Origin: the human T2T-CHM13v2.0 reference genome, Homo sapiens
Assembly (NCBI GenBank): GCA_009914755.4
Contig: CP068257.2
Span: 39,712,001-39,776,000, forward strand
Length of the DNA: 64,000 nucleotides
Reading direction: 5' to 3'
A program made the translations under genes and the position numbers. The notes under the pieces are model-generated. The model ran no database searches and had not been told where the DNA came from. It saw only the letters and a program-made list of their open reading frames with translations. This document shows, in pieces, positions 43,193 through 55,042 of the stretch (positions are counted from its first letter, which is position 1; each line of letters starts with the position of its first letter).

Positions 43193-46100
43193 GGTCCTTC
43201 TCAGATGCTTTGGGTCCTGCCATTGAAAGGGAAGAAGAGAAGTCCCTTCCCTGGGAGAGCCTCAGTGATCCCTGCACAAGACCAGCCGTCTTCCTCCGCC
43301 CCATATTGTTCAGCCCTGGCACCCTGTGTTGTGCGTGGAGTCCCTTGTTTTCCTCTATCTTATCAGGAACCAGTTCTAGGTTCCTAACCTGGTCTGACCC
43401 CGGCACCCTGTCCTGTTACACAAGAAACCCGGATGCTGATATATATATGTCCCAACATTGCCCTTCCAGAGCCTCTCCAGCTGTGACTCACTGTTGACAT
43501 GGCAACCCCCACCCCCTGGACTCCTCGCTCAACCCACAAAGACTATCTCTTGCGTACTCTGCTCTGAGGTGTTTTAAAAAGCGCCACCATAAACCTGTAA
43601 CACAAGAATGAAACCCAGCAAGAATCAGGGGACAGGAACCAAGGAACATGACATCACGTGAGAACTAAGGGCCGCTCTGATTGACCATAGCATTTGGCTC
43701 TCAGCCTCCCACGGCCAAGGCTAAGGGAGGATAGGACAATTGTCTCTCTCACTCTTGAACAAGAGGGAGCTCCTGGATTCACCGGGAGAGTAAATTTGAC
43801 TAGCTTGGACTTCTGCAAGGTAATTTGTTGTGACTGCATATTAAGGAGACTAATCTTAACATAATCTTAACATAATTTCTTTATATTAAGGAGATTAAAT
43901 AAATCCATGGATATGTTCTTGAGTGAAATTTTTTTTTTTTTAAAGCAGAGACCTTTTCCACGGGATCACATTTTCTTTTGACACTCCTGGGAGGCAGGCA
44001 GGACCATGTTAAGTGGCTGTTTTTCAGTGAATGATTCTACGGGGAAACCTGAATAAGATGGTAATGTTATAGGAAAGTGTCTGATGCAGAACCCGGCAAT
44101 GGCTAAAACTGGAAGATGCAAAGCAGCCTGCTAGTGTGGGAGCTGCAATAAACCAAATCCCTTTTTTTTCTCAGTCAGAAGGAGGGACTTTCCAAGCTTG
44201 ATCCTCTAAGAAAAAAGGATCCCCTCCTATTTTCTTACCGATTTTCAATTCATCCAGAATGCATGCTTCTTAGTCTTCAGACTCCTGGCCTGGTCACCGC
44301 TTGAAAATATTTGGCAGCCCCCTGGTTTAACAGCAGCCTCGAAGTTGACAGCAACTCCAAATCCTGCGGCTCAGCAGTACAGAGCCAGCTGGCCTCACCT
44401 CTCCTCTGGGTCCACTGCATCTTATCAAGGCCTTGCTGTCCTTCCTTGGATCCGTCACCCCCGACCTGGCCCTCAGTAGCTCCCTCCTGGATTCTGACCT
44501 CACCCTGTTCCTCATCTTTGTCTTAACTCTTAACTTGGCTGTCTGCTGCACCCTGACAGCCACCTTGTCTTCTCTTTTCTCCTCTTCTCTCACCAGCTGT
44601 CTTCTTGGTTTTTCAGTTCCCCTCTCTCAAGACCTGCACTTTCTCTTCAAGTCAAGGTCCACAGCTCCCATGCTCTGCATTTATACTGGGCTGCGGAAGC
44701 TCCCACGTGGGGACCAAGCCCTGGAGAGGAACCCACAGTGCAGCGGCTCCTGAAAGCAGAGGCCTGCACCCCTAAGCCTCTTAAGCCCCCCACTTTCATT
44801 CCCTCCTGCCTCTGTGCATAGCCCAAGTCCCACCTGTCCATGTGTCACCCGGCTCTTCCGTGTCGTCTCCGTGAGCCTGCAGGGGCACCCAGCCAGCCGA
44901 CAGGCTCCCGAGACAGTCCACTCACACAGACACACTGTAGCCATTTCTGAAGATTGTGCAGGGGAGACAGATGGTTCACCAGGCACACACCAGACAACCC
45001 GAAACCTACATTCCTTACTCAACAGGCCCGTGTCAGAAAATCCTCCCTAAACTGCAATGGGGAGGGGGACTGAGGGAATTCTCATCCCCTACATGTCACC
45101 CCACGGCTCACTCCTGCCTCCGACCTTCACACATGTTCACCCCTGCAACTTTTCACCCCTTTATTTTGCAGAGCAATCTGTGCCCAGCTCCTGTCCTCTC
45201 AAACTTAATCAGCTCATGATACGCTTAGCAAGACCTGCCCTTCATGAAAATGAGGGTGAGGGTGAGGGTGGCGACAGTTTTAAATATGTTTTAAAAGGAA
45301 CATGAAATGAAGAATATTGGGCTTCACAAAAGGAACCCTCCTTTCCCTTGTTCTTTCTTCCCATGGAGAGGAAGAAGTTGAGGCTGAGTTATCACCTCCC
45401 ATCAGCACTCGGTTTTGTTCCTGGACCCCTGACTTCGTCACCAAGGGCAGCTGGCTCCAGCTCTCAGCCTTTGAAGGATATTGTGGCTAGGGGTTCAGAG
45501 TCCCAGGCTCCCTCCCAGACAGATGGGTGGAGTGAGGCCACCTGAGATCTCACTTGCTAGGGTGGGTGCCACCAGGCCCACCGAGCTGCTGGGTCCTGGC
45601 CAAGCCCTCCTGTACCCCCTGAGAAAGTCTCCGTAGGGCTAGGAGCTGTTTGTGCCAACTTTAGATGGACTCATCTCTCAGTGATCCCATAAAATTGCTG
45701 CCTAGCCCTTCTGGTTTCAAGGATTTCACATCAGAAAACGTTTTACGAACCCAGGGCTAGTTCTGAAAACAGGAAGTGCTTTCAGCCCCCATGGGAGGAG
45801 GGGGGTGCAGGAGGCCTGTGGACCTGGACCTCTGGGAGCCAGGCTGGAGAACAGGAGCTGAAGGCTGAGCGGCGGCGGGGCCATTCACACAACCATGGTC
45901 TTTCCTCCCAGTGAGGAGGGACCCCAGGTGGGGCTGCTGAGCTCAGGAGCCGCTGGCTCTGCTGGAAGATCCGCCCCTCTGAGGCTGCGCGGGGAGGATG
46001 CAAGACTGGGCAAGAGCTCATTAGGAAACGCTGAGACAGAGGGTCCTAGTGAAGATTCCACTGCAGAGAGGGCAGTCCAGGTCATCACAGGGTGACATCT

Positions 46101-46379
46101 GGGGATGAGGCTGGCCGGGGCACGGGGCAGGTTTTTGAGCCCGGCAGTGTAAGCAGTCTCTGTCCCAAGGGAGGAAAGCCGCTGAGAGCTGCTGGGCCAG
46201 CAGGTGGGAGTGCTGGGCTGGCCTCAGGGTTTCTGGAAGGGGTATTCCCGAGAAGTGAGGTGCTGCTCTGGGACTCTGGTGCCCCTGGGGCCTTCCTGCA
46301 GGGCGCTCTCAGCAGCCACCTTCGGTAGAAGCCAGGGCCACCCTGCATGGGGGATGATGCCGCATCCAGCACAGAGCCT

Positions 46380-46760
46380 TGCGATCAGTCACTCTCCTCC
46401 CTCCACAATAGCGGGGACCTCCCTGCCCGCCGCACCCCTGCCCCCCGCCCCCGCCCCCGCTCCCGCCCCGCCGTGGCTGTGCAGCAAGCAGGGGACAGTC
46501 CCATCAGCAAAGTCGGGGAACTTCCAGGAAGCCCGCGTCCCCCTCAGCCTGCCTTTAGCCAGAAAAGATTCCAAGCTCTGCTCTCTACTTTGGAAAGCCA
46601 GTGTTTGCATGTGGAGATTGTTTTGCTAGACTCGACGAGGGTAGCAAAGCAACAGGAAGTGTTCCCCAGAGCTCCGCCCACGACTTGCGTGGCCCAAAGC
46701 TGGATGGTCGTCCGTCCCACCATGGCGGGTGGGTAAAGGTTCTTTTCCTGGGCTGTGTCA
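46380..46760. promoter_or_regulatory. CpG- and GC-box-rich island inside MX2 intron 1: Sp1-type boxes CCCCGCCCCCGCCCCCGCTCCCGCCCCGCC at 46441-46472, and a GAS-type palindrome TTCCAGGAA at 46522-46530
   Basis: Sequence inspection: ~25 CpG in ~380 bp, a tandem GC-box cluster, and a TTCN3GAA palindrome. Its function (alternative promoter or enhancer) is inference only. Confidence 0.4.
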
Positions 46761-48366
46761 TTCCACCCAGAGCAAGGGATAAGCCTGTGATAGCCGTAAA
46801 TCCGGAACCACTACCAAGGTGAAAGACCTTCAAGTTAATTGTTGGAACCTGCGGCTCTAACACTTCCAGCAAAGCTACTTCTGTGAAAGCTGTGACGAGC
46901 AGAGGAAATGGGACAGGAGAGGAGCTGAATCCTGAGATTGTATCGCTAGGAGCCCCCAAAGTACGATGACGGTCCTCGGGCCAGCATGGGGGTGCATTGG
47001 CACCATGTAAGGAAAGGGGCCCTCCCGTGGCACCGTTGGAGTGGGGCGGTGTGGGGTTGTTCGGAGAGAAAAGTTTCCCATGAGCTCTGTTTCAGCAAAC
47101 GGCGATGACCACTTCCGTGGCAACTAAACAGTCTTGCCTTCCTGCACGTGGACATTTTTCTTCATGCATATTTCTCTTGCAAATGGTTCTATTGTTTGTA
47201 TAACAGTATTTCATGAGCGGAGAAGAGTTGGAAGCAAAAATCTGTTCATGAGAAATGTAAGTATGTGGTAACATTGCCTTCAGTGAAATTGAGAGCAGAT
47301 CTAAAGGGATGTGAAAAGCATCAGGGTGCTCATATAGGAGGCAGGATCATTTCCCCCAGACCGCGGCCATGCGGGTTGTGTTTTATGGTAGGAGTGATTA
47401 TGGCAGCCTATGTGTGTCTGGGCATAAGAATACTTATTCTATGGATCTTAAGGTAATTATGTGTTGGAATTATGTGTTGGAAAATGTATGGCGTGGAATT
47501 CAGTAGGGGAATGCTCACGATTTGTGTGGTTCCTGGAGTTGGAAATGGGTGGCAGATCCAGCAAGAGGCAAGATTTCCAAATGGACTGCTGAGTCATTCT
47601 TAGGGTGGGCTAGGAGAAAATGTGTTTTGGTCTGAAGGAGGGAGGAAGAAGACAAAAACAAGTAAATTAGAAAACGTGGTTGCAGGATTGAAATCTGATC
47701 CTGAAAAAGAGAGAATAGCCATGAGTATAATGTTTAAAAATACACACAAAGAAATCCACTGTGGTGGGAGTCACAAGAAGTTCAATCATTATCTGGTCTC
47801 GTCATCTCGAGTGAAGCTGTCCACTCCCAAAGCCGACTGCTTGGTCCATAGCTCTTAGTTTTTGCATCTGGAGGCTTTTGTGGTTAGTGTTGGTTTGAGG
47901 TCATTTGAGCTGATCCATTGGTCTGGGTTTGTTGCCTGTTTCTACTGACTCTTGAGTACTTGGGTCAACACCTTGGATCTTGACTGCCCTGGCATTTGCT
48001 AGGAGGACCTGAAATGGCTCCTTCCAAAGAGGTCTGAAAAGTTTTTGCCTTGAGGTCTCTTCCAGCGGACCCACACCAGGCTGGAGGTCAGAAAAGTCTG
48101 GCCGGCATTTCCTCTGGCTGGCATTTCCTTTGGGCACGAGACTTGGTGTGTGAGGCTAATCCTTGACAATGCTTAACTGCGTACATGAAATGGAGCAGAG
48201 CCAGGCCTTGCTGGAGTTACTCCTGGTCATGTACAGCATCTGGTTATGATCTCATGGGGTGCTGGACTAAGTGAGCACTCAGAGACGGTCACGCCAATAG
48301 CCTATTATATCCTCGACCTAGGAGTTAAGGAGTAATCTTCTGCTTACTCCTTAAGCAGCTCCTTAA

Positions 48367-48466
48367 GGAGCTGAGGCAGATAAATTGGGTGTGGCAAGCG
48401 GGGTGTCTGCCAGGCCCAGGAGCCCCGGCTGTCACCAGTGCATGATGTGACTTTGGGTGAGCCACA
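48367..48466 (+). repeat. 100-bp direct repeat, copy 1. Partner at 49884-49983, 98% identical. Contains a MIR-like core.
   Basis: GGAGCTGAGGCAGATAAATTGGGTGTGGCAAGCGGGGTGTCTGCCAGGCCCAGGAGCCCCGGCTGTCACCAGTGCATGATGTGACTTTGGGTGAGCCACA versus a partner with 2 mismatches. The flanks are unrelated. Confidence 0.85.
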
Positions 48467-49883
48467 TCTTCTGCTTACAGATAGAGGCCAAGACCGCACG
48501 GCCAATAAAGCTGGTGGCAAAACTCAAAGCCCAGAGAGATGGAGGGTTTTTTATAGTTAGGGAATTTCAGCTTCAGTGTGTGATTGATTTTGTATTTTGC
48601 GAACACCGAGGGTGATTCAGACAGTGAAGTGTCTGTGTTAGAAGAAGGACCCTCCAGGACAGTAAGTCTATAATCTTTTGATAGGAAGATAGGTATTGTC
48701 CATGCTGAGAATAGAAAGTCTAGCAAGAGGTAGACTTGCTATCATGAACCCATGGCTCTGAATCCTGTCTCACCTTTACAGTCTTGCCTGGGTTATATTG
48801 GTTGCAGATGAGATAGGACTCTACCACTTCCTGGGCCAATTCCAGAAAATTTCCTGACCAATATGCATTGCATGTAAAACTTAATTTACCTTTTCCATGA
48901 TGCAAACAATTATGGAGTAATTTAGCTAGGAAGGCTCATGGCACTCAAGGACAGGTGTTCTGAGATGACCAGATTCCATCTTTATTAAGAAACTATTTTT
49001 GAGATTGCCAATATTACTTGTCAGAAGTTTGCATCGATTATTATGAGTCAATTATAAATGGATCCAATTTTCTTTCTGAAAGTTTGGTGGATAGATGTCA
49101 GTTACTATTTTAGAACTCTTAATATAGTATTTAAAGCTATTTTTTTTTAACATGAAGTCAGTAAGGACATCGCCCTTGACTTCTGGCATGGCTTCTCAAC
49201 TAAAAGCTTCTACTTTAGTATCTCATACCTCCTTTGGATATTGGGTAGCTTCTAATAAGTTACTGATCCCTTACTCATTTTTGATGTGAACAATCACAGA
49301 TATCATAAATCCTCTGTGCTTCCGTAGCATCCCCAAATCATAAGCAGCTCCAAATGCCCATCTTATCTATTCTTGGTATAAATGCTTACTGTTTTATCTC
49401 TTAAAATAATGTGACTTGAAGTCAGGACTACAGCTTAGCCACTGGGAAATAGCTCACATGAAGAGATAGAACATTTTGATGGGTGCATGGCAGTTTCCTA
49501 CGCAGGAAATGCTTTCGCCATTTTTATTGTTTTTTCCTCCACAGCCTTTATTAAGCTCCTACTGTATGCCAGGTACTTTGGGCTGCAGGTACAGCTGTGA
49601 AAAAAAACAGGTAAAAATCCCTGCCCCCCTGGGGCCTTATTGCAGCTGGGGAGACAGGAAACAGGCAGAATCCATCAGGAAAGATATCGTGCAGATGGTG
49701 GGAATGCAGCTTTTGACTGTTGCCTCCCCCATCAGATCCTTAGCACCAAAAAAGGTGGCAGTGTCTCCCGGCTGGGTGTCCAGAGCCTGGCACACAGCAG
49801 GCACTCAATGAATGTTTACAGAGTGGATGAAGACTCACATTGACTCAGGAACTGCAGCTCAGAGAGAGCAAGGAACCCAACCA

Positions 49884-49983
49884 GGGGAGCCATGGAGCTG
49901 AGGCAGATAAATTGGGTGTGGCAAGGGGGGTGTCTGCCAGGCCCAGGAGCCCCGGCTGTCACCAATGCATGATGTGACTTTGG
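49884..49983 (+). repeat. 100-bp direct repeat, copy 2. Partner at 48367-48466.
   Basis: See copy 1. Spacing is 1517 bp, same orientation. Confidence 0.85.
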
Positions 49984-52864
49984 GTGAGCCACACCCTCTC
50001 TGTGCCTTGTTGGGAGTAGGCACTGGAGAGCAGGGGTGGGAGCGGTCATTAGGATGAGGTGTCCTGGAAGCCCACCCCTGCCAGGGCCCTCCAGGCTGCA
50101 GGCAGTCTCCAGCCCGAGGCCCTTTGGAGTTGTGTGGCTCCCCCTCCAGCTGCTCTGTCCACAGATCTTCCTGCTCTCCCCAACTCCCCTCTGCCCTTCA
50201 GCCCCACAGCCAGCCATTAGCTGACTTGTTGACCATGACTTCAAAGCATCCAGAATCCAGTCGGCTCTCACCACCCTCTTTGCCATTGTTTCCAAAAGGG
50301 TGTTGCCCCTGGGTTTGTCTTTTGGAGCCCCCCAGGAGAAGGGAGGACTTCAAAGACAGAAAGAGAGCTAGGCACCAAACCTCAAGCAGGCCTTGCTTTC
50401 CCAGACTCTCAAACTTAAAAAAAAAAAAAAAAAAAAAGCCAGACAGAGACAGGCAGGTGTCCTCCCAGCCGGGCCTCGATGGCTGTACTGCACCCCCCTC
50501 CTAAACAGCAGGCGGGAACCAGCCCTGGGACAGGCTCCACACACTCACTGAGCACCGCCTCCTGCACAGCGCAGTCCCTGCTCTCAGCCTGAGCAGGCGC
50601 AGCAGCCCTGCCCTCCCAAGAAAGGGGATGGTGAGAAGCCTAGTGTCCCCTCCACAGAGACCAGCGCCACACATGACAGCCACACATGACAGTGTTGGTA
50701 CCAGCACTCAGTCTTTGAGCCACAAGTGCTTATAAGATGTAAGTAATAGTACGGAACCCTCCCACATCCTCAGGAGGAACGGTCAGCCCCATTTTCTAGA
50801 TGTGAAAACTGACACCCAGAGAGATTTCAGCACATGCTCTGGGTCCCCGGGTCCCATGCACAGCCCTTGTGCTGGACGGCCCCAACCCTACTTTCTAATT
50901 CTTTATCCTAAACCCGGACTGTGGGCCTCATCTTAGGGAGATGGTGCTGCCACCTGCCTCTGGAGGACACTCTGCCTTGGCCTAGTCCTGCCCTGCCCCT
51001 CGCCGAGTGGAGCCTCCACAGAGGCTTGTGCATGGCTTTGGGATCCCGGGCGGCAGGAGTAGGGTCTGGGCTGGTGAGCAGGGACGGGGAAGGCCCCGAC
51101 AGCAGACCCCATGAGGATGACTGGGCTCCATCCTACGTGGACCTTCTAACGAGCCACATGGAAGCATGTCCATCTGAGAGGTGGGAGAAGGAGGAAGTTG
51201 TCCCCAGTTGTCCCACCTCAGGATGGGAGGTTGCCCCAGGGGCTAGCTTCCCACTTCTCCAGGCTGCCATGCTGAAAGCCGGCAGGTGTCGCAGGTAGCA
51301 GATGTGGCAGGTTGCTCGAGGGAGAAACTCTGGACGCATGAGATTCAGTTGTACAGAGCCTGAGTCCTGTGGCCTGGCCCAACTGTCCCAAAGCCCCAGC
51401 ACTCTGGCTGTGTGTAAACCTTACCTCTTCTTCATGCCCTTCCTGGTCCATGGCTGTGTCCTTTATTGTACCTGGTCTCCTTATCTTCAAGGGTGCCCAT
51501 CACACCACTCTCCAGCTCAGAACCCTCCAAAGGCCTCCCTCACACCCACACACAATGCAAGACCTCTGCCCACATCTTGCAAGCCTTTTTCCTCCCTCTT
51601 TTTCACCAGTCACACTGACCATCTTCCTATTCCCTGAGCTCATTCCGACCTCAGGACCTTTGCACATGCATTTCCTCTGCGGGAGAGGCTGGTCCCCACT
51701 TCCTCCAAGCCTTGCTCCTCTGCCCATTCCCAGGCACACCCTCCAGTGGGCACCCAAGTTACCCTCACCCCAGAATCTCAAGCCCACCACCTGTCTTTCT
51801 CCAGACACTCCCTTGTCACCTGGAGCCTGGTTGGTTGGTATATTTGTTTTGGCATTTCCCTGCTAGGATGGTGTGCCAGGAGTGAGGGCTTGGTCTGACT
51901 TGATCACCACAATAACCACGTGGTGGAAAGTGCCTGGCACATTCAGAGTCGTACCCTTGTATGAGTCTGCTCAGGCTGCCATGGCAAAAGACCACAGACT
52001 GGGTGGCTTAGACAACACACATTGGTTCTCTCACAGCCCTGGAGGCTGGAAGTCCCAGATCAAGGTGTCGGCAGAGCTGGTTCCTTCTGGAGGCCCCAGG
52101 GGGAATCTGTGCTCTCCTCCCAGCTCCTGGTGGCTGTGGCAGAGGCCTTGGCATTCCCTGGCCTGGGCTGCAGCACTGCAGTCTCTGCCTCTGTCTTCAC
52201 AGGCCCTTCTCCCTGTGTGTCTCCAGGTCCCAAATCTCCCTCTGCCTGTCTCTGATAAGGACACCTGTGATGAGATTTAGGGCCCATTCTAAATCCAGGA
52301 TGATCTCATCTCAAAATCTTCACCTTAATTATATCTGCAAAGAGTCTTTTTCCAAAAAAAAAGTCATGTTCCCAGGTTCCAGGTGAACATAAATTTTGGG
52401 GGGACTGTGGGGACACCATTCAGCCTCCTAGATCCACATTACTACTAGAGGAAAGGGGGATACAGTGTGATCCAGAGTGTGGGGGGCTCCTGCCCGGAGC
52501 ACAGGCCCAGCTCTGAGTCCTGGCTTAGGCGTCATTGGCCCTCCCGGATGTCAGTTTCTTGACCCTGAAAATCCAGATAAGGGCCAAATGCATAGGCTTG
52601 TTGTGAAGCTTAAATGTATGTCTCAGCATGGTGCTGCCCTCATCTGAGTGCAGGCCACAGCCTGAGAACTGGGGCCCAACACCTGCTTCTCCCACACTCC
52701 CCTGGTGCCTGGCCAAGCCCGGGTGTGAGGCCAGGTCTGGCTTCCAGCAGGCCCAGGAGGTGCTGCCTGTCATCTCTGCACACCTAATGGTTCTCCTGCC
52801 TGGTGCTGAGCCACAGAGACCTGATGCCATAGATGACACAGACCATCAGAAGTGACAAAGGAGA

Positions 52865-53180
52865 CTGGGTGTGGTGGCTCACGACTGTATTCCCAGCACT
52901 TTGGGATGCTGAGGCGGACGGATTGCTTGAGCTCAGGAGTTTGAGACCAGCCTGAGCAACATGGCAAAAAACCCATCTCTATAAAAAATACACACACACA
53001 AAAAAAACTAGCTGGGCATGGTGGTGCATGCCTCTAGTCCCAACTACTCGGTAAGCTGAGGCAGGGGGACTGCTTGAGTCCAGGGAGGTTGAGGCTGCAG
53101 TGAGTCCTGATTGCACCACTACACTCCCCCACTGGGTGACAGAGTGAGACCCTGTCTCAACAACAACAACAACAACTACA
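52865..53180 (+). mobile_element. Alu (+) with (CAA)n-type tail, ~270 bp upstream of the MX2 exon 2 acceptor
   Basis: CTGGGTGTGGTGGCTCACGACTGTATTCCCAGCACTTTGGGATGCTGAGGCGGACGGATTGC...GAGACCCTGTCTCAACAACAACAACAACAAC. Confidence 0.9.
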
Positions 53181-53446
53181 AGTAGCAAAGGAACATTGAG
53201 ACTCTACTGGGAATGTGGAGTCCACTGCCCCCCGTTCCCCAAGCCCGGGCCGGTAGAAATCCACTTGTGCTCTGTGGCTGCCAAGAGCCCCTCCTGCAGA
53301 CAGGGGCCCTGCACTGGACCCCTGGTCTCTGCATCTGTGTGTAGGGGGTAGGTTGTAGGGTGGGGTGAGGAGGGGTTGGCAAAAGTGCCAACTCAGGGAG
53401 GACTTCTGGTGACCTGTGGGCCGCTCTCCCTCTTGTGTCTTTGCAG

Positions 53447-53517
53447 AGCTTGTCAGGAAGATCGGAGGTGCCAAGTAGCAGAGAAAGCATCCCCCAGCTC
53501 TGACAGGGAGACAGCAC
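53447..53517 (+). other. MX2: MX2 exon 2, 5'UTR portion (acceptor ctcttgtgtctttgcag|AGCTTGTCAGG)
   Basis: Strong polypyrimidine tract plus AG immediately upstream. An in-frame stop (TAG at 53476) lies upstream of the ATG in the same frame. Confidence 0.7.
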
Positions 53518-53766
53518 ATGTCTAAGGCCCACAAGCCTTGGCCCTACCGGAGGAGAAGTCAATTTTCTTCTCGAAAATACCTGAAAAAAGAAATGAATTC
53601 CTTCCAGCAACAGCCACCGCCATTCGGCACAGTGCCACCACAAATGATGTTTCCTCCAAACTGGCAGGGGGCAGAGAAGGACGCTGCTTTCCTCGCCAAG
53701 GACTTCAACTTTCTCACTTTGAACAATCAGCCACCACCAGGAAACAGGAGCCAACCAAGGGCAATG
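53518..53766 (+). CDS. MX2: MX2 first coding exon: complete N-terminal domain (aa 1-83, MSKAHKPWPYRRRSQFSSRKYLKKEMNSF...NRSQPRAM), donor AATG|GTAAGC
   Basis: Translation is identical to the human MX2/MxB N-terminus as I recall it, including the RRR motif at codons 11-13 (53548-53556) and the internal Met26 (53593-53595). 83 codons, phase 0. Confidence 0.9.
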
Positions 53767-54399
53767 GTAAGCCCGGTGGAGGGACGTTCAGAAAGGGTGC
53801 ATTCTGGCTGCCGGTGCAGAGGGCTGTCATGTAAGCCCACCACAATAATAGAACCAGCCAGTCTGCTCCTCCGGCACAGCTGATGTCTCCAGCTCTCCTG
53901 GTCATGCCCAACAAGTACCAGGAACATACATAGACTCTCCTGCAGCAACGGGCTGCTGCGACGTGGGTCTGGGGCTTCTGTGTGCGGGGGTCCCCTTCCT
54001 GGAGCTTTTCTTTCAGCCTCCCCTGCAGCCATCACATTGCCAGCCCACCCACTTGCCACCCTCCCCAGCTCTGCAGCTCCCCAACCCAGAACCTCTCCTC
54101 CCTCTGGCTGGAGTCTCTGCCTCTTGGAACTTCTTCCTGGCTCAGTGCTCCCAGCCCCTCCCCAGGAGGCACACCCTGCACACCTGCAGCCAAATCCTCC
54201 CAGCATCTGCCCCTGTGAGGCCTCAATAGGAACAGAACAGAAGGGCCCCTGAAAGCAGCAGCACCCCTCCATCCACCTTCTCACCTCCTGTCTGCAACCC
54301 AACCTAACATCATAGCCGCACAAACTCTGCCACACATCTCCATGACACCAGGGACCCTATCAGGGGTCAAGGCAGTGGCATCTGTTCTGCCTTCTCCAG

Positions 54400-54592
54400 G
54401 GGCCCGAGAACAACCTGTACAGCCAGTACGAGCAGAAGGTGCGCCCCTGCATTGACCTCATCGACTCCCTGCGGGCTCTGGGTGTGGAGCAGGACCTGGC
54501 CCTGCCAGCCATCGCCGTCATCGGGGACCAGAGCTCGGGCAAGAGCTCTGTGCTGGAGGCACTGTCAGGAGTCGCGCTTCCCAGAGGCAGCG
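54400..54592 (+). CDS. MX2: MX2 coding exon 3 ([65 protein letters not shown]). Contains the P-loop GDQSSGKS at 54523-54546.
   Basis: Acceptor ccttctccag|GGGCCCGAG and donor CAGCG|GTAAGT. Dynamin-family G1 motif is present and the frame is continuous with exons 2 and 4. Confidence 0.9.
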
Positions 54593-54677
54593 GTAAGTTC
54601 AACGGACCACCTTCCCTCCGCAGCAAGCAGCGCCACCTGTAAGCCACAAAGCTTCCCCAGGCACCAAGAGGTTTTAG

Positions 54678-55042
54678 AGACAGGCTGCTGGGTGAGAGAG
54701 CTGGGAAAGACAGGACGCTGGGAGAGAGGCCGCTGAGAGAGACAGGCCACTGGGAGAGACAGGCCGCTGGGAGACAGGCCTCTGGGAGACAGGCTGCTGG
54801 GAGAGACACGTTGCTGGGAGAGACAGGTCACTGGGAGAGACAGACCATTGGGAGAGACAGGCTGCTGGGAGGGACAGGCCATTGGGAGACAGGCTGCTGG
54901 GAGAGACAGATCACTGGGAGAGACAGGCCGCTTGGAGAGACAGGCTGCTGGGAGGGACAGGCCATTGGGAGACAGGCTGCTGGGAGAGACAGATCACTGG
55001 GAGAGACAGGCCGCTGGGAGAGACAGGCCACTGGGAGGGCCC
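54678..55042 (+). repeat. Minisatellite/VNTR in MX2 intron 3: ~17-19 bp unit GAGACAGGC(C/T)(G/A)CTGGGAGA, ~20 copies, with a ~76-bp higher-order duplicate (54860-54935 and 54936-55011). Starts only ~85 bp downstream of the exon 3 donor.
   Basis: Direct inspection of ...gacaggccactgggagagacaggccgctgggagacaggcctctgggagacaggctgctgggagagacacgttgctgggagagacaggtcactgggagagacagaccattgggagagacaggctgctgggagggacaggccattgggagacaggctgctgggagagacagatcactgggagag... It explains the many overlapping Gly/Arg/Glu- or Pro/Ser/Leu-rich ORFs on both strands (e.g. 54811..55104 +, 54565..54882 -). Confidence 0.9.

Noticed and set aside
46990-47110. Possible ISRE (GAGAAAAGTTTCCCATGAGCTCTGTTTCAGCAAAC)
   Set aside because: GAAA/TTTC half-sites are present, but the spacing does not fit GAAANNGAAA / AGTTTCNNTTTC. 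Kept only as weak context for the intron-1 CpG island.
53727-54335. 202-aa minus-strand ORF antisense to MX2 exon 2 and intron 2
   Set aside because: Antisense to a confidently identified coding exon. GC-rich, low-complexity translation. Most parsimoniously a chance frame.
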